The notes under the pieces are model-generated. The model worked only from the letters and a program-made list of their open reading frames with translations. It had not been told where the DNA came from and ran no database searches. DNA of 64,000 bases. It comes from Candidatus Poribacteria bacterium (lineage in GTDB: Bacteria > Poribacteria > WGA-4E > PCPOR2b). The translations under genes and the position numbers were made by a program. Shown here in pieces: positions 53,382 to 63,027 of this stretch. How positions within the stretch are numbered: the first letter of the stretch is position 1; the number at the start of each line of letters is the position of its first letter. The DNA is taken from NCBI GenBank assembly GCA_965218095.1, contig OZ244587.1, forward strand, positions 6,208,001-6,272,000, written 5' to 3'.

Positions 53382-53998
53382 TCGCGATCTACCTCTCTCA
53401 CCGATCGGATAAATGCCTTGACTTTGGCCGGATCTTTGCGTCCTGGGTCCGCCTCAACACCACTACTGACATCAACCCCATATGGACGCACCTGCCGGAT
53501 GGCTGAAGGAACAGTATTGGGATTGAGGCCTCCCGCGAGGATAATCCGACCATGCTGTTTGGCTTTCACAGCGAGATTCCAGTCGAAAACCTTTCCTGTG
53601 CCTCCCATCGCTCCTTCGACATAAGTGTCCAGTAGATACCCACTGACACGGTAATCAGACAGGCGGGACAAACTCGATTCGTCTTTGACCCGAAACGCTT
53701 TGATTAATCTCCGGTTCAGCGCTTGACAAAATCCGGGAGACTCATCACCGTGCAACTGTATCATGTCCAGATGGCACTGATCGGCGGTTGCCGCGATATC
53801 TTCTGGATCCGCGTTGACAAATAGCCCAACAACCGTGATAAAAGGAGAGAGGTCCTCTATAATCTTTGCCGCTTGATCGGGGTGGATATATCGGGGCGTG
53901 TTGGGAACAAATATGAAGCCGAGTGCGTCCGCGCCGGCCTCAATTGCCATCAACGCATCGTCCAAGTTAATGGTGCCGCAAATTTTGATTCGCGTCAA
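53363..53998 (-). CDS. trpF: Phosphoribosylanthranilate isomerase
   Basis: IKICG, QLHGDE, GGTGKVFDW, LAGGL, DVSSGVE. Confidence 0.95.
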   Translation of the reverse strand: MTRIKICGTINLDDALMAIEAGADALGFIFVPNTPRYIHPDQAAKIIEDLSPFITVVGLFVNADPEDIAATADQCHLDMIQLHGDESPGFCQALNRRLIKAFRVKDESSLSRLSDYRVSGYLLDTYVEGAMGGTGKVFDWNLAVKAKQHGRIILAGGLNPNTVPSAIRQVRPYGVDVSSGVEADPGRKDPAKVKAFIRSVREVDREWEQSN

Positions 53999-54083
53999 CG
54001 GAGATCCCCTCGTTTTTATGCGATTTCTGTCACAGGTAATTGTATCAGATTATCAAACGTAGATCAAGGAGTAATATTAAACG

Positions 54084-55823
54084 CTAAAACAGTCCGACAA
54101 CCCTGCCGGTTTCGTCCAGATCCACCCTTGTCAACGCCGGTACTGACGGCAATCCCGGCATTGTCCGCATCTCGCCGCACAACGGGTAGAGGAATCCGGC
54201 TCCTACCGATGGCCGGATATCCCGAATGGGTAGCATGTAACCCTTCGGCACCCCTTTCCAATTCGGTTCGTGCGACAGGGACAGATGTGTCTTGGCCATG
54301 TTGATGGGCAGCTTGTCGTAGCCCAGATCCATATAGAGTTTAATTTCTTTTTCTGCCTCTGGCAGGTACTCCACACCATCCGCCCCATAAATCTGCGTGG
54401 CAATAATCTCGATCTTCTCCTTAATCGATGCTTCCAGCGGGTAGAGGAACTCGAAGTTCGGCGGTTTTTCACACGCCGCCACCACTGCCTCTGCCAGTTC
54501 TTGGCCCCCCTCGCCGCCCTTGGCCCATACGTCACTCACAAAAGCGCCTTCCGCACCGGCCTCAACCGCAGCCTGCTTTACCATCTCTATTTCTGCATCA
54601 GTATCGGTCGCAAACCGGTTCAGAGCCACTATCACAGGCACCCCGAACCGCTGGGTAATCTGGATCATCGCCTCCAGGTTCGCCAGCCCCTTTGCCACAA
54701 GCCTCAAATTCTCCCTGCGATAGACCTGTCTCAATGCCCGTCCAGGCACAACCCGAGGTCCGCCACCGTGCATCTTCAAGGCGCGTATAGAAACCACCAT
54801 AACCGCACAGTTGGGAGTGAGCCCCGAGTAGCGGCACTTGATGTCACAAAACTTCTCAAAGCCACAATCGGCTCCAAACCCACTTTCTGTGACTAAGTAA
54901 CCGTCGGGGACCAGCTTCAATCCGATCCGATCCGCGATGATAGAGCTGTTACCGTGGGCAATATTGGCAAAGGGGCCTGTGTGTACAAACACCGGCGTGT
55001 GCGCCAACGTTTGCATTAGATTGGGCATAATCGCGTCCTTCATCAACACAGCCATCGCTCCACCGGCTCCCAGGTCGTCCGCTGTCACCGGCTGGTTAGT
55101 CCTGCTAGTTGCCACCATAATACCCTTCAGACGCCTCCTCAAATCGGCCAGATCAGTAGCCAGTGCCAGTATTGCCATCACCTCCGAAGCCGGGGTGATG
55201 TCGAAACCGGTCTCGCGTGGCCGGCCGTGCTCCTCAGTCCCCAGGCCGATGACGATGTGCCGCAGGGCCCGGTCGTTCACATCCACCACCCGCTTCCAGA
55301 TGACGCTATAAGGGTCAATGGCGAGGCGCCGGAGTTCCAGCTTCTCCAGCCGTTCATCGCTCAACCGATCCTCGTGCATAATCCGGGCGTCAATGACTGC
55401 GGACAGCAGATTGTGCGCCGCCCCCACCGCGTGGATGTCGCCAGTTAAATGCAGGTTGAAATCCTCCATCGGTACTACCTGTGCATGCCCGCCTCCCGCG
55501 GCGCCGCCTTTGATACCGAAGGTGGGGCCCAGTGAGGGCTGCCGGATACACGTGAACGCCCGCTTACCAATCGTCTTTAGCGCTTGACTAAGGCCGATGG
55601 TTGTAACGGTCTTGCCTTCCCCAAGCGGCGTCGGCGTGATGCCCGTAACCACGACGTATTTTCCGTTCGATCGGTCTTTAAACCGATCTAATACATCTAA
55701 GTGGACTTTGGCTTTATATTTGCCGTAGACATCAAGATCATCATCTTCCAACCCCAACTTCCTGGCAATCTCAACAATCGGCTTTATCGCTGCGGATTGG
55801 GCGATTTCTAGATCGTTCAGCAT
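54084..55823 (-). CDS. fhs: Formate--tetrahydrofolate ligase
   Basis: TPTPLGEGKT, GIKGGAAGGG, NLHLTGDIHA, GPFANIAHG, RALKMHGG, MRTMPGL. Confidence 0.97.
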   Translation of the reverse strand: MLNDLEIAQSAAIKPIVEIARKLGLEDDDLDVYGKYKAKVHLDVLDRFKDRSNGKYVVVTGITPTPLGEGKTVTTIGLSQALKTIGKRAFTCIRQPSLGPTFGIKGGAAGGGHAQVVPMEDFNLHLTGDIHAVGAAHNLLSAVIDARIMHEDRLSDERLEKLELRRLAIDPYSVIWKRVVDVNDRALRHIVIGLGTEEHGRPRETGFDITPASEVMAILALATDLADLRRRLKGIMVATSRTNQPVTADDLGAGGAMAVLMKDAIMPNLMQTLAHTPVFVHTGPFANIAHGNSSIIADRIGLKLVPDGYLVTESGFGADCGFEKFCDIKCRYSGLTPNCAVMVVSIRALKMHGGGPRVVPGRALRQVYRRENLRLVAKGLANLEAMIQITQRFGVPVIVALNRFATDTDAEIEMVKQAAVEAGAEGAFVSDVWAKGGEGGQELAEAVVAACEKPPNFEFLYPLEASIKEKIEIIATQIYGADGVEYLPEAEKEIKLYMDLGYDKLPINMAKTHLSLSHEPNWKGVPKGYMLPIRDIRPSVGAGFLYPLCGEMRTMPGLPSVPALTRVDLDETGRVVGLF

Positions 55824-55909
55824 TGTCTTCCTATCTCCCTCGGTTTAGCTATAGTGCTTGATCCAAATCATTTTTGCGGATTGTAATGCCAATCTCCTTA
55901 GTACTAAAA

Positions 55910-56632
55910 TCATTGAAGTTGGACATGCATCTGGAGATCAACACTACTAGAGAGAATGTGCTCAGTCATCGCCCCCCGTGCTTCCTCGGCATCACCATTT
56001 CGGAGGGCTTGAAGGATTTTTTTATGTTCCTGCAAGGACAATTTCGCTCGCATCTCCGTTTTAGACATTGACGGTTCAGCCAGGCTTCCTTTAATCCACT
56101 CTTGCAGGTAACCCCGTATCATGCTCAGGAGGCTGGAAAGTATCGAATTCTGCGTGGCTTGCGCGATCATCAGGTGAAACTGTAAATCAAATCCCAGGTA
56201 TTTCTCGGGCTGCTCGATTGATGCCTCCATCCCCCGAAGCGTTTCTTCAATCTCCTGTAAGTTTTCCGCTGTGGCTCTTTGTGCAGCCAAAAAAGCAGTC
56301 TGGGATTCCAGCATGAGGCGGGTTTCGATTAGATCCTGAACCTTTTTACGGTCAAGCAGCAAGCCCCATTGCAGCGTTTTCTCCAGGTACTTCCTGTTAT
56401 TATTGGAGACAAAGGTGCCTTCCCCAACACGCCCGTCCAGAATTCCCATGACAGCAAGAGAGCGTAGCGCCTCCCTCAAGGAACTACGCCCCACTCCAAA
56501 TTGCTTACACAGCTCTCTTTCGGGAGGGAGTCGTTCACCGGGCTTAAGCACATCTCGGGAAATGAGATTAATAATCTGTGCTACAATCTCGTCGCTCACG
56601 GAGGTACGAGTAACAGGCTTCATCTCCTCCAT
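55910..56632 (-). CDS. FadR/GntR-family transcriptional regulator
   Basis: GERLPPERELCKQFGVGRSSLREAL, GEGTFV, FCD domain DLQFH...EHKKI. Confidence 0.92.
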   Translation of the reverse strand: MEEMKPVTRTSVSDEIVAQIINLISRDVLKPGERLPPERELCKQFGVGRSSLREALRSLAVMGILDGRVGEGTFVSNNNRKYLEKTLQWGLLLDRKKVQDLIETRLMLESQTAFLAAQRATAENLQEIEETLRGMEASIEQPEKYLGFDLQFHLMIAQATQNSILSSLLSMIRGYLQEWIKGSLAEPSMSKTEMRAKLSLQEHKKILQALRNGDAEEARGAMTEHILSSSVDLQMHVQLQ

Positions 56633-56772
56633 CGCTAGGTTTTCTTGTCTTTGAACTTTCATAGCTTATGCAAAGTTACCTCTCATCATCTACGGCACAC
56701 CGAAAATTATTCCTCCAAAATGAAAATTTCGCTTTACAATTCTCCAGTTTTGGGTTAAACTTATTCCTTAAA

Positions 56773-56781
56773 GGTCAGACC
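56773..56781. promoter_or_regulatory. Candidate FadR-type operator
   Basis: Palindrome GGTCAGACC in the AT-rich divergent intergenic region. Confidence 0.55.
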
Positions 56782-56897
56782 ATCAGTTAATTATGCTTCT
56801 AAATTTCTCTGCTGTCAAGCAAAATCACAAAAAGGATCAAGAATCGTAAACCAGGTGTCACGAACCTGCTCGGTTCTTTCCGAACGAGGAGATAGCC

Positions 56898-57533
56898 ATG
56901 GGTCAAACAGTCAATATTGGAAGGCGAATTGAATTGGTCCCGATGGACCCTCATTTCCACGACATCACGATTGCCCTATACCAACAGGAGCGCAGGGAAG
57001 AACCAGCGTTTTTGATACACACCTACAGTCGCATGGACGGGGGCCAACACCGTATTAAGTTTGCTGTCAAGGGGATGGAGACTTTGGGAAACATGGCAGT
57101 GGCTCCGGATGGGCTGCTCCGGTTTCCCTGTGGGTCAGCGCATGAATTGGCTTGCAGGCGGGCTTTTCTCGAAGCATGCAAGCTCGATTTAAACGACGCA
57201 GTCGAACCACGTCCCTTGAATATCCTAGACAAAAAATCGGGGCTAACCATCACGGTCCTCAGTCTGGAGGACGGGGTTTACCAGGTGACGGTTGATGGCG
57301 AGGGGAAACGCGCGGAAAGGCGCATCTCGGCAATTGCCGGCGGTTTAATCAAACTGGGAGAGATGGTGGAGGTAGACCAAAGCCTTGATAAGGTTGCTTT
57401 TCCTTGCGGTCACTCCCACGATGCGCTGGTCGGTTTGCTGCTGGTTCGTGCCCCGAATGTGCGGACTATAATGCGGGAGCAGGAGATGGTGGCTTCACGG
57501 GGCACCCTCTCGGCTCCGAGCCAACAGAAATAA
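56898..57533 (+). CDS. Hypothetical protein with duplicated FPCGxxH motif, first gene of the corrinoid operon
   Basis: GAGGAG RBS; FPCGSAH and FPCGHSH; DPHFHD. Confidence 0.8.
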   Translation: MGQTVNIGRRIELVPMDPHFHDITIALYQQERREEPAFLIHTYSRMDGGQHRIKFAVKGMETLGNMAVAPDGLLRFPCGSAHELACRRAFLEACKLDLNDAVEPRPLNILDKKSGLTITVLSLEDGVYQVTVDGEGKRAERRISAIAGGLIKLGEMVEVDQSLDKVAFPCGHSHDALVGLLLVRAPNVRTIMREQEMVASRGTLSAPSQQK

Positions 57534-57547
57534 TCTAGCCTTGTTCC

Positions 57548-57580
57548 AACCTTGAAAAGGTTTGAAATCTTTTCAAGGAT
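57548..57580. repeat. 33-bp REP-like palindrome, copy 3
   Basis: AACCTTGAAAAGGTTTGAAATCTTTTCAAGGAT. Confidence 0.75.
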
Positions 57581-57599
57581 AGCTGATGAGGAGAAAAAT

Positions 57600-58649
57600 A
57601 TGGAAACTCAAACAATTAGTCCGATGACCAGTCGTGAACGCGTTCTTGCAGCGCTACGCAGAGAGCCGGTGGATCGAACACCGGTTTGCAATCCGACGTC
57701 TGTCGCCACAGTGGAGTTGATGGATCTCGTAGACGCACCATTTCCGGATGCCAACCGTCAGCCCGAGTTAATGGCACGTTTAGCTGCCACTGGGCATACC
57801 GAGTTAGGCTTTGATACCATTATGCCGGTCTTCACGATTATCCAGGAGTCATCCGCCCTCGGCTGCAAAATTCAGTGGGAGCAGAAGGACAATTGGCCCA
57901 CGGTGAGAATGCGTGAGCCGATCTGGGAGGATGTCGATGACATCAAGATCCCCTCGGACCTTTTAACCCACCAGGATACCAGGTGTGTCCTCGACGCAAT
58001 TAAAATCCTCAAAAAGGAATACGGCGATGAGGTCGCTGTCATTGGAAAGACCATGGGGCCGTGGTCTCTGGGATACCACTGCTTCGGGGTGGAACCCTTC
58101 CTGCTCCTGTCTCTGGACGATCCGGAAAAGACAAAACTCGCGCTGGATAGGATGAAGGAAGCGACCGTGCAGTTTGGCGTGGCGCAGATTGAAGCGGGAG
58201 CAGACGCCCTGACCTTACCCGACCACGCTACCGGCGACCTGGTCAGCGGCGACTACTATCGTCGGTATCTACGCGACCTGCACATCGAGTTTGTCGAGCG
58301 GATTCCTATCCCGCTGATTCTTCATATTTGTGGACGGACGGTGGACCGGATGGAGTACATCGCTCAAACGGGGATGGCTGCCTTCCATTACGATTCTAAG
58401 AACGAGCCCGGCGAGTCCATGGAAATGATAAGGGATCGAATCTCTCTGGTGGGGAACATTAATAATCCGGAGACGCTGTTCTCGAAAGGGCCTGAAGATG
58501 TTCGGCAGGAGGTTTACAAGAATCTAGAGTCCAGTGTACAACTTGTCGGACCGGAGTGTGCCATCCCGCTACAGACAGCTATTGAAAATCTTAAAGAAAT
58601 CCCCAAGGCGGTGCGTGATTGGCATAGGGAACATGCGGGGTTGAACTAA
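57600..58649 (+). CDS. MtaA/CmuA-family methylcobamide methyltransferase (URO-D fold)
   Basis: MTSRERVLAAL...VDRTPV, ESSALGC, Zn motif ILHICG plus GPEC, LVGNIN. Confidence 0.9.
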   Translation: METQTISPMTSRERVLAALRREPVDRTPVCNPTSVATVELMDLVDAPFPDANRQPELMARLAATGHTELGFDTIMPVFTIIQESSALGCKIQWEQKDNWPTVRMREPIWEDVDDIKIPSDLLTHQDTRCVLDAIKILKKEYGDEVAVIGKTMGPWSLGYHCFGVEPFLLLSLDDPEKTKLALDRMKEATVQFGVAQIEAGADALTLPDHATGDLVSGDYYRRYLRDLHIEFVERIPIPLILHICGRTVDRMEYIAQTGMAAFHYDSKNEPGESMEMIRDRISLVGNINNPETLFSKGPEDVRQEVYKNLESSVQLVGPECAIPLQTAIENLKEIPKAVRDWHREHAGLN

Positions 58650-58764
58650 GTGAGGAGTGGTCATAATTGCAGCAGATTTTGACGCCTCACTTGCAGCCAA
58701 GCCCAAACGGGGAGGTTACGAGGCCTACAGCTCTGAAGTTGTAAACAGGTTAAAGAGAGGAATA

Positions 58765-59526
58765 ATGGCAGAAATTACCGACATTGCAAACGAATTTATC
58801 ATAGATGAGATTGAGGAGTTTATTGAGCGTCCCGATGAACGGGAGCGTACCATTAACACCTTCGTCCAAGCCACCCCTGAGATGCAGGCGATTGCCGCGG
58901 CGCTGATTGACGGAGACAACGACGCCGTTGACGAATTGACCAAAGCGGCGTTGGAGGCGGGCACCGAAGCACTGGAAATCATGGACGACGGCCTCATCGC
59001 AGGGATGGGGATTGTGGGGATCAAGTTTCGAGAGAACTTCATTTTCGTCCCGGAGGTCCTCGCCTGCGCGCGGGCAATGAAAGCCGGCATGGCTTATATT
59101 GGACCAATTCTGTCTGCATCGGGAATCGATCCCGTCGGAACAGTGATCATGGGTACCGTGAAAGGCGACCTGCACGATATTGGCAAGAACCTGTGCATCA
59201 TGATGCTACGTGGCGCGGGATTCGTCGTGCATGACTTGGGCGTGGACACGTCGGATGACGAGTTCATTGACGCGGTCGAGGAGTATGAGGCACCCATACT
59301 GGGGATGTCGGCGTTGCTGACCACCACCATGCCTAACATGGGTAAGACGATTGAAGCTTTTATCGACGCCGATCTCCGTGAGGAGGTCAAAATTATGGTG
59401 GGTGGTGCGCCAGTGACTCAGGAATTCGCTGATGACATGGGTGCCGACGGGTACGGTAAGGATGCCCTTGAATGCGTGGCGCTGTCAAAGAAATTTCTTG
59501 AAGAAGAGGATGAGGAAGAGTTCTAA
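58765..59526 (+). CDS. Cognate corrinoid (B12-binding) protein
   Basis: Cap domain GLIAGM...FVPEV; GTVKGDLHDIGKN (DxHxxG), SALLTTTM, MVGGAP. Confidence 0.95.
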   Translation: MAEITDIANEFIIDEIEEFIERPDERERTINTFVQATPEMQAIAAALIDGDNDAVDELTKAALEAGTEALEIMDDGLIAGMGIVGIKFRENFIFVPEVLACARAMKAGMAYIGPILSASGIDPVGTVIMGTVKGDLHDIGKNLCIMMLRGAGFVVHDLGVDTSDDEFIDAVEEYEAPILGMSALLTTTMPNMGKTIEAFIDADLREEVKIMVGGAPVTQEFADDMGADGYGKDALECVALSKKFLEEEDEEEF

Positions 59527-59546
59527 ATGCCGCGAGGTGGGTCAAC

Positions 59547-61445
59547 ATGCAGAAAATTGACAAAGACGAGTATCAGAAACGTCTTGATAAAATCACAGAA
59601 TTGTTCTCAGGCATGATGACTCATGCTGACGAGCAATCTACCTATCGCTGCCCTTACAAAAACCGCTTCGATCAATGCACCGCTAAGTTTGGGTGTCGAA
59701 ACCAGCGGAAACCACCCGTCAAGGGAGATTTACTCTTGTGCGGTGGGGACGATAAAATCGACTATCGTAGTGCGTGGGAAACTGAAGCTGCCGAAGGGGC
59801 TTTCATCGAAAGCGAAATGAACTACGGTAACGGAATAATTACGAATGACGGCAAAAAGCGTCAGCTATCAGCCGGGAAGACCATTTTCGATTACGCAGAT
59901 GAATTGACGGTTCAGGTGCCAACCTCCTGTTTTCGCACCGGGCAGTGCCACGAGTGTATCGTTGAGATCAAACAAGGGATGGAGGCGTTAGGTCCTCGGA
60001 ACGAGGCGGAATCGTTCTTGCGGGATAACTATCGCCTCGCCTGCCAAGCGGTTGTTGAAAATGCCGATATTGACGTGCAGTTCTCGCCCCTAAGACGCAC
60101 GCCCAAGATCCTCACCCTCACGCAGGAGAAATCTGTTGAACTGGATGCGATGGTCACCCGCCGGGGCGACACGGTTTATTATGACGAGGAAGCGATTGAC
60201 AAATATCGGGGTCACGCTTATGGACTTGCCATCGATTTGGGTACCACGACTGTCGTGATGGATCTGGTGGACCTGGAGACCGGCAAAAGCGTCCACGTCA
60301 GTTCCTTTGAGAACCCTCAACGCTTCGGCGGCAGTGATATAATGCACCGCATCTCGTATGACGGGGAGTTCGGCGGGGAGTTGCGGAAGGCGGTCATCGA
60401 CGCGCTGAACCACGAGATCATGGAGATGGGCAAACAGCTTGGATTTGTCCGTCAGGAGATTTATGAGATTGTCGTGGCGGGCAACTCGACGATGCGCGAC
60501 ATCTTCTTCAAGCTAGACGTGCAGAGCATCGGTCAAAAACCGTACAAGTCGGTGATTGAACACGCGTATTTAGCGGGCGAGCGTGAGACCACCTCGCTCC
60601 TTGAGAAAACGCGGCGTCTGGGGCTGCGAGCGAATCCGAAAGCGTGGGTCTATGGCCTGCCGTTGATTGCAAGTCACGTTGGCGCAGATGTCGCCGCCGA
60701 TTTGGCGGCAATTGACATGGCTTCGCAAAACAAGGTGGTCATGCTGGTGGATGTGGGAACGAACACCGAAGTAGTCGTGGGACACGCCGGACGGCTGATA
60801 GCGGCGTCCTGTCCGGCGGGTCCCGCTTTTGAAGGAGGGGGGATTAAGTACGGCATGCCGGGCTACGAAGGCGCTATCGAGTCGATTCGATGGAACAACG
60901 GTCATATCGAATATAGCACGATTGGCGACGTCGAGCCGCAAGGCATCTGCGGTTCCGGCTTAATTGATCTATTGGCCGAGCTCTGCCGGCACGACCAGAT
61001 GACGCCGATGGGCGTTTTCGCTGAAAGAAAACAACGCGAAATGACGATTATTCCCGAATACGGCATCACCTTCTCCCGCGAAGACGCCAGTAACCTAGCG
61101 CAAGCCAAGGCAGCCAATTACTGCGGACAATACATCGTCATGCGCCAGTTTGGTATCAATCCCGACGACGTGACGACACTCTATTTAGCGGGCGGCTTTG
61201 CCAATTACGTGGATGTTCGCAACGCCATTGACATCGGGTTTCTGGCGCCTGTGGCGGAAAGGCGCATTGTCAAAATTGGCAATGCAGCGGTACAAGGGGC
61301 GAGGGAAGTCCTCCTTTCACGGAAAAAGCGCGAGGGAATTGAGCGTTTGGTCAAAGGGATTGAACATGTGGAATTGGAGACCACGCTCGACTTCTTCGAG
61401 GTGTTCGTGGAGGGGTGTCAGTTTAAGCCGATGCCGCAGACGTAA
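59547..61445 (+). CDS. Reductive activator of corrinoid proteins (RACo/ASKHA, DUF4445-type) with [2Fe-2S] and an extra N-terminal Cys domain
   Basis: CFRTGQCHEC...RLACQ, AIDLGTTT, DVGTNTE, SCPAGPAFEG, GICGSG, LAGGF. Confidence 0.92.
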   Translation: MQKIDKDEYQKRLDKITELFSGMMTHADEQSTYRCPYKNRFDQCTAKFGCRNQRKPPVKGDLLLCGGDDKIDYRSAWETEAAEGAFIESEMNYGNGIITNDGKKRQLSAGKTIFDYADELTVQVPTSCFRTGQCHECIVEIKQGMEALGPRNEAESFLRDNYRLACQAVVENADIDVQFSPLRRTPKILTLTQEKSVELDAMVTRRGDTVYYDEEAIDKYRGHAYGLAIDLGTTTVVMDLVDLETGKSVHVSSFENPQRFGGSDIMHRISYDGEFGGELRKAVIDALNHEIMEMGKQLGFVRQEIYEIVVAGNSTMRDIFFKLDVQSIGQKPYKSVIEHAYLAGERETTSLLEKTRRLGLRANPKAWVYGLPLIASHVGADVAADLAAIDMASQNKVVMLVDVGTNTEVVVGHAGRLIAASCPAGPAFEGGGIKYGMPGYEGAIESIRWNNGHIEYSTIGDVEPQGICGSGLIDLLAELCRHDQMTPMGVFAERKQREMTIIPEYGITFSREDASNLAQAKAANYCGQYIVMRQFGINPDDVTTLYLAGGFANYVDVRNAIDIGFLAPVAERRIVKIGNAAVQGAREVLLSRKKREGIERLVKGIEHVELETTLDFFEVFVEGCQFKPMPQT

Positions 61446-61504
61446 AACGTAATTCAGCGCGTCATCTTTACGTTTTGTGTTTTCAAGAGCGGAGCGAAAG
61501 TCAA

Positions 61505-62153
61505 ATGGCATACAGCGACTTCAAAAGTGTCGAACAGGTTATTCAAACATATCCCCTGCAAATTCGTCCGGAAAGATTTTTGCCTGACCTGCAACTTGAA
61601 CTTCCTGGCTGGTTTATTGAGAACTTAGATTTCTTGTTGGACCGGCACGCGATTCAGGAAAGTGAAACGTTTTTACGGAAGAGTTTTATTTTTCCGTTTT
61701 TGCAACAGGCGTGGAAACGTCATGGAACGCTGAAATTATGGTCCCATCGTGCTTTGAATGTTGACAACAAGTTGTATGGAGGACCTGACTACTTTGTGGC
61801 GGCGTGGGTTGACGGCGTGATTGATAAACTGGTGAATCGTTCGTTTCTGGCAGTGAGTGGTGGAGGCGAAAAAGCAGGATTTTGAAGGAGGTTAGGCACA
61901 GTGCTTGGCCGAACTGATAGCGTGCCAAAAACCGAATCAGGATGAAAAGGTTACTGTGTATGGAATTGTGTCAACAGGGCTCATCTGGGAGTTTGGCAAG
62001 TTGGAGACAAATATTTTCGCGAAATATCCGCTGGCCTACTCAATAACCGACCCTGCCAAGGTATTTGGAATCCTTGACTTTATTTTTATGGCATGTGAAA
62101 AGCAACTTAGCGGCATCCATAATTCTGAACAGGAAAAGAGGTCACCATGCTAA
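61505..62153 (+). pseudogene. Restriction-endonuclease-like (PD-(D/E)xK) hypothetical protein, frameshift plus in-frame TAG at 61893-61895
   Basis: MAYSDFKS...GPDYF, then VVEAKKQDFEGG*AQCLAELIACQ...YGIVSTGLIWEFGKL. Confidence 0.7.
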
Positions 62154-62944
62154 CAACTGAACAGAAACAATACTATGAAACCTTTGGGTTCCTCGTCCTG
62201 CGACAGTTGTTTACGCCGGACAAGGTCGACAATATCCGCCGTAACTCCGAGGAAGTATTGCGCGAAAATCGACAGGGCAAGCCCTTCCCCGGCGAAAAGC
62301 GTCAGGCGATGATTCCCTTCTTCGAGTTGAGTCCCCGACTCCAATGGCTCATCGAAGACGACCGAATCTACGCGCTGGACGAAGACCTCCTCGGACCTGA
62401 TTTTATCTTGAACGCCACCGAGGGCAACCTCCATGTCGGTGATACCCGGTGGCATAGCGGCGGTCCAGAAGTCGAACCGGTGCCGCATATCAAAATCGCA
62501 CTCTATCTTGAGCCAAACACAAAAGAGACGGGTGCCCTGCGTCTCATTCCGGGGTCTCATCAGCCAGAATTTAGAAAACTGCTACAGCTGTTAATCGCCC
62601 AGCAGGATGATCTGACCGTGATGCCCTTCGCGGTTGCCGGCGCAGACACTCCCAGCGTTGCCATCGAATCACAACCCGGTGATGTCGTCATTTTTCCAGA
62701 GCCCCTATGGCATGCGGCATTTGGTGGGCCACCGGGACGCTCTCAGCACGCCATCAGTTTTATGGCAAATCCGGTGACCGACGAAGAGGTTGCTTACGTC
62801 CGAGGGCTATACGAAGGCTGAAACTATTCACTCCATCCGCCGGAACAGCTTGTCAACAGTGACCGTCCCCGGCTCCGGCGAATGGTCTCAAGGCTGGTGG
62901 AGCTCGGTTTCGGTCCACCGAAGTCGACGCCGCTGTTTGTGTGA
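62147..62944 (+). pseudogene. PhyH-family dioxygenase with in-frame TGA at 62819-62821
   Basis: YETFGFLV, WHSG, GALRLIPGSH, PGDVVIF...WHA; frame continues *NYSLHPPEQLVNSDRPRLRRMV to TGA 62942-62944. Confidence 0.75.
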
Positions 62945-63027
62945 GATTACCAGCCATTGCACCATCATCCAGTAGAGGCGATAAATCAAGATGTGGCTGT
63001 TACGCGAAGCTGCTACTACGAATCAAG

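Noticed and set aside
56663-56897. Cobalamin riboswitch upstream of the corrinoid operon
   Set aside because: No B12-box or conserved core recognisable; the region is short and AT-rich with a FadR-type palindrome
584-61895. Complete reassignment of TAG to a sense codon
   Set aside because: dxs, pyrE, larE, the Rieske gene and the MlrC-like gene end at TAG at normal lengths, and the expected residues are mixed (Gln and Trp)
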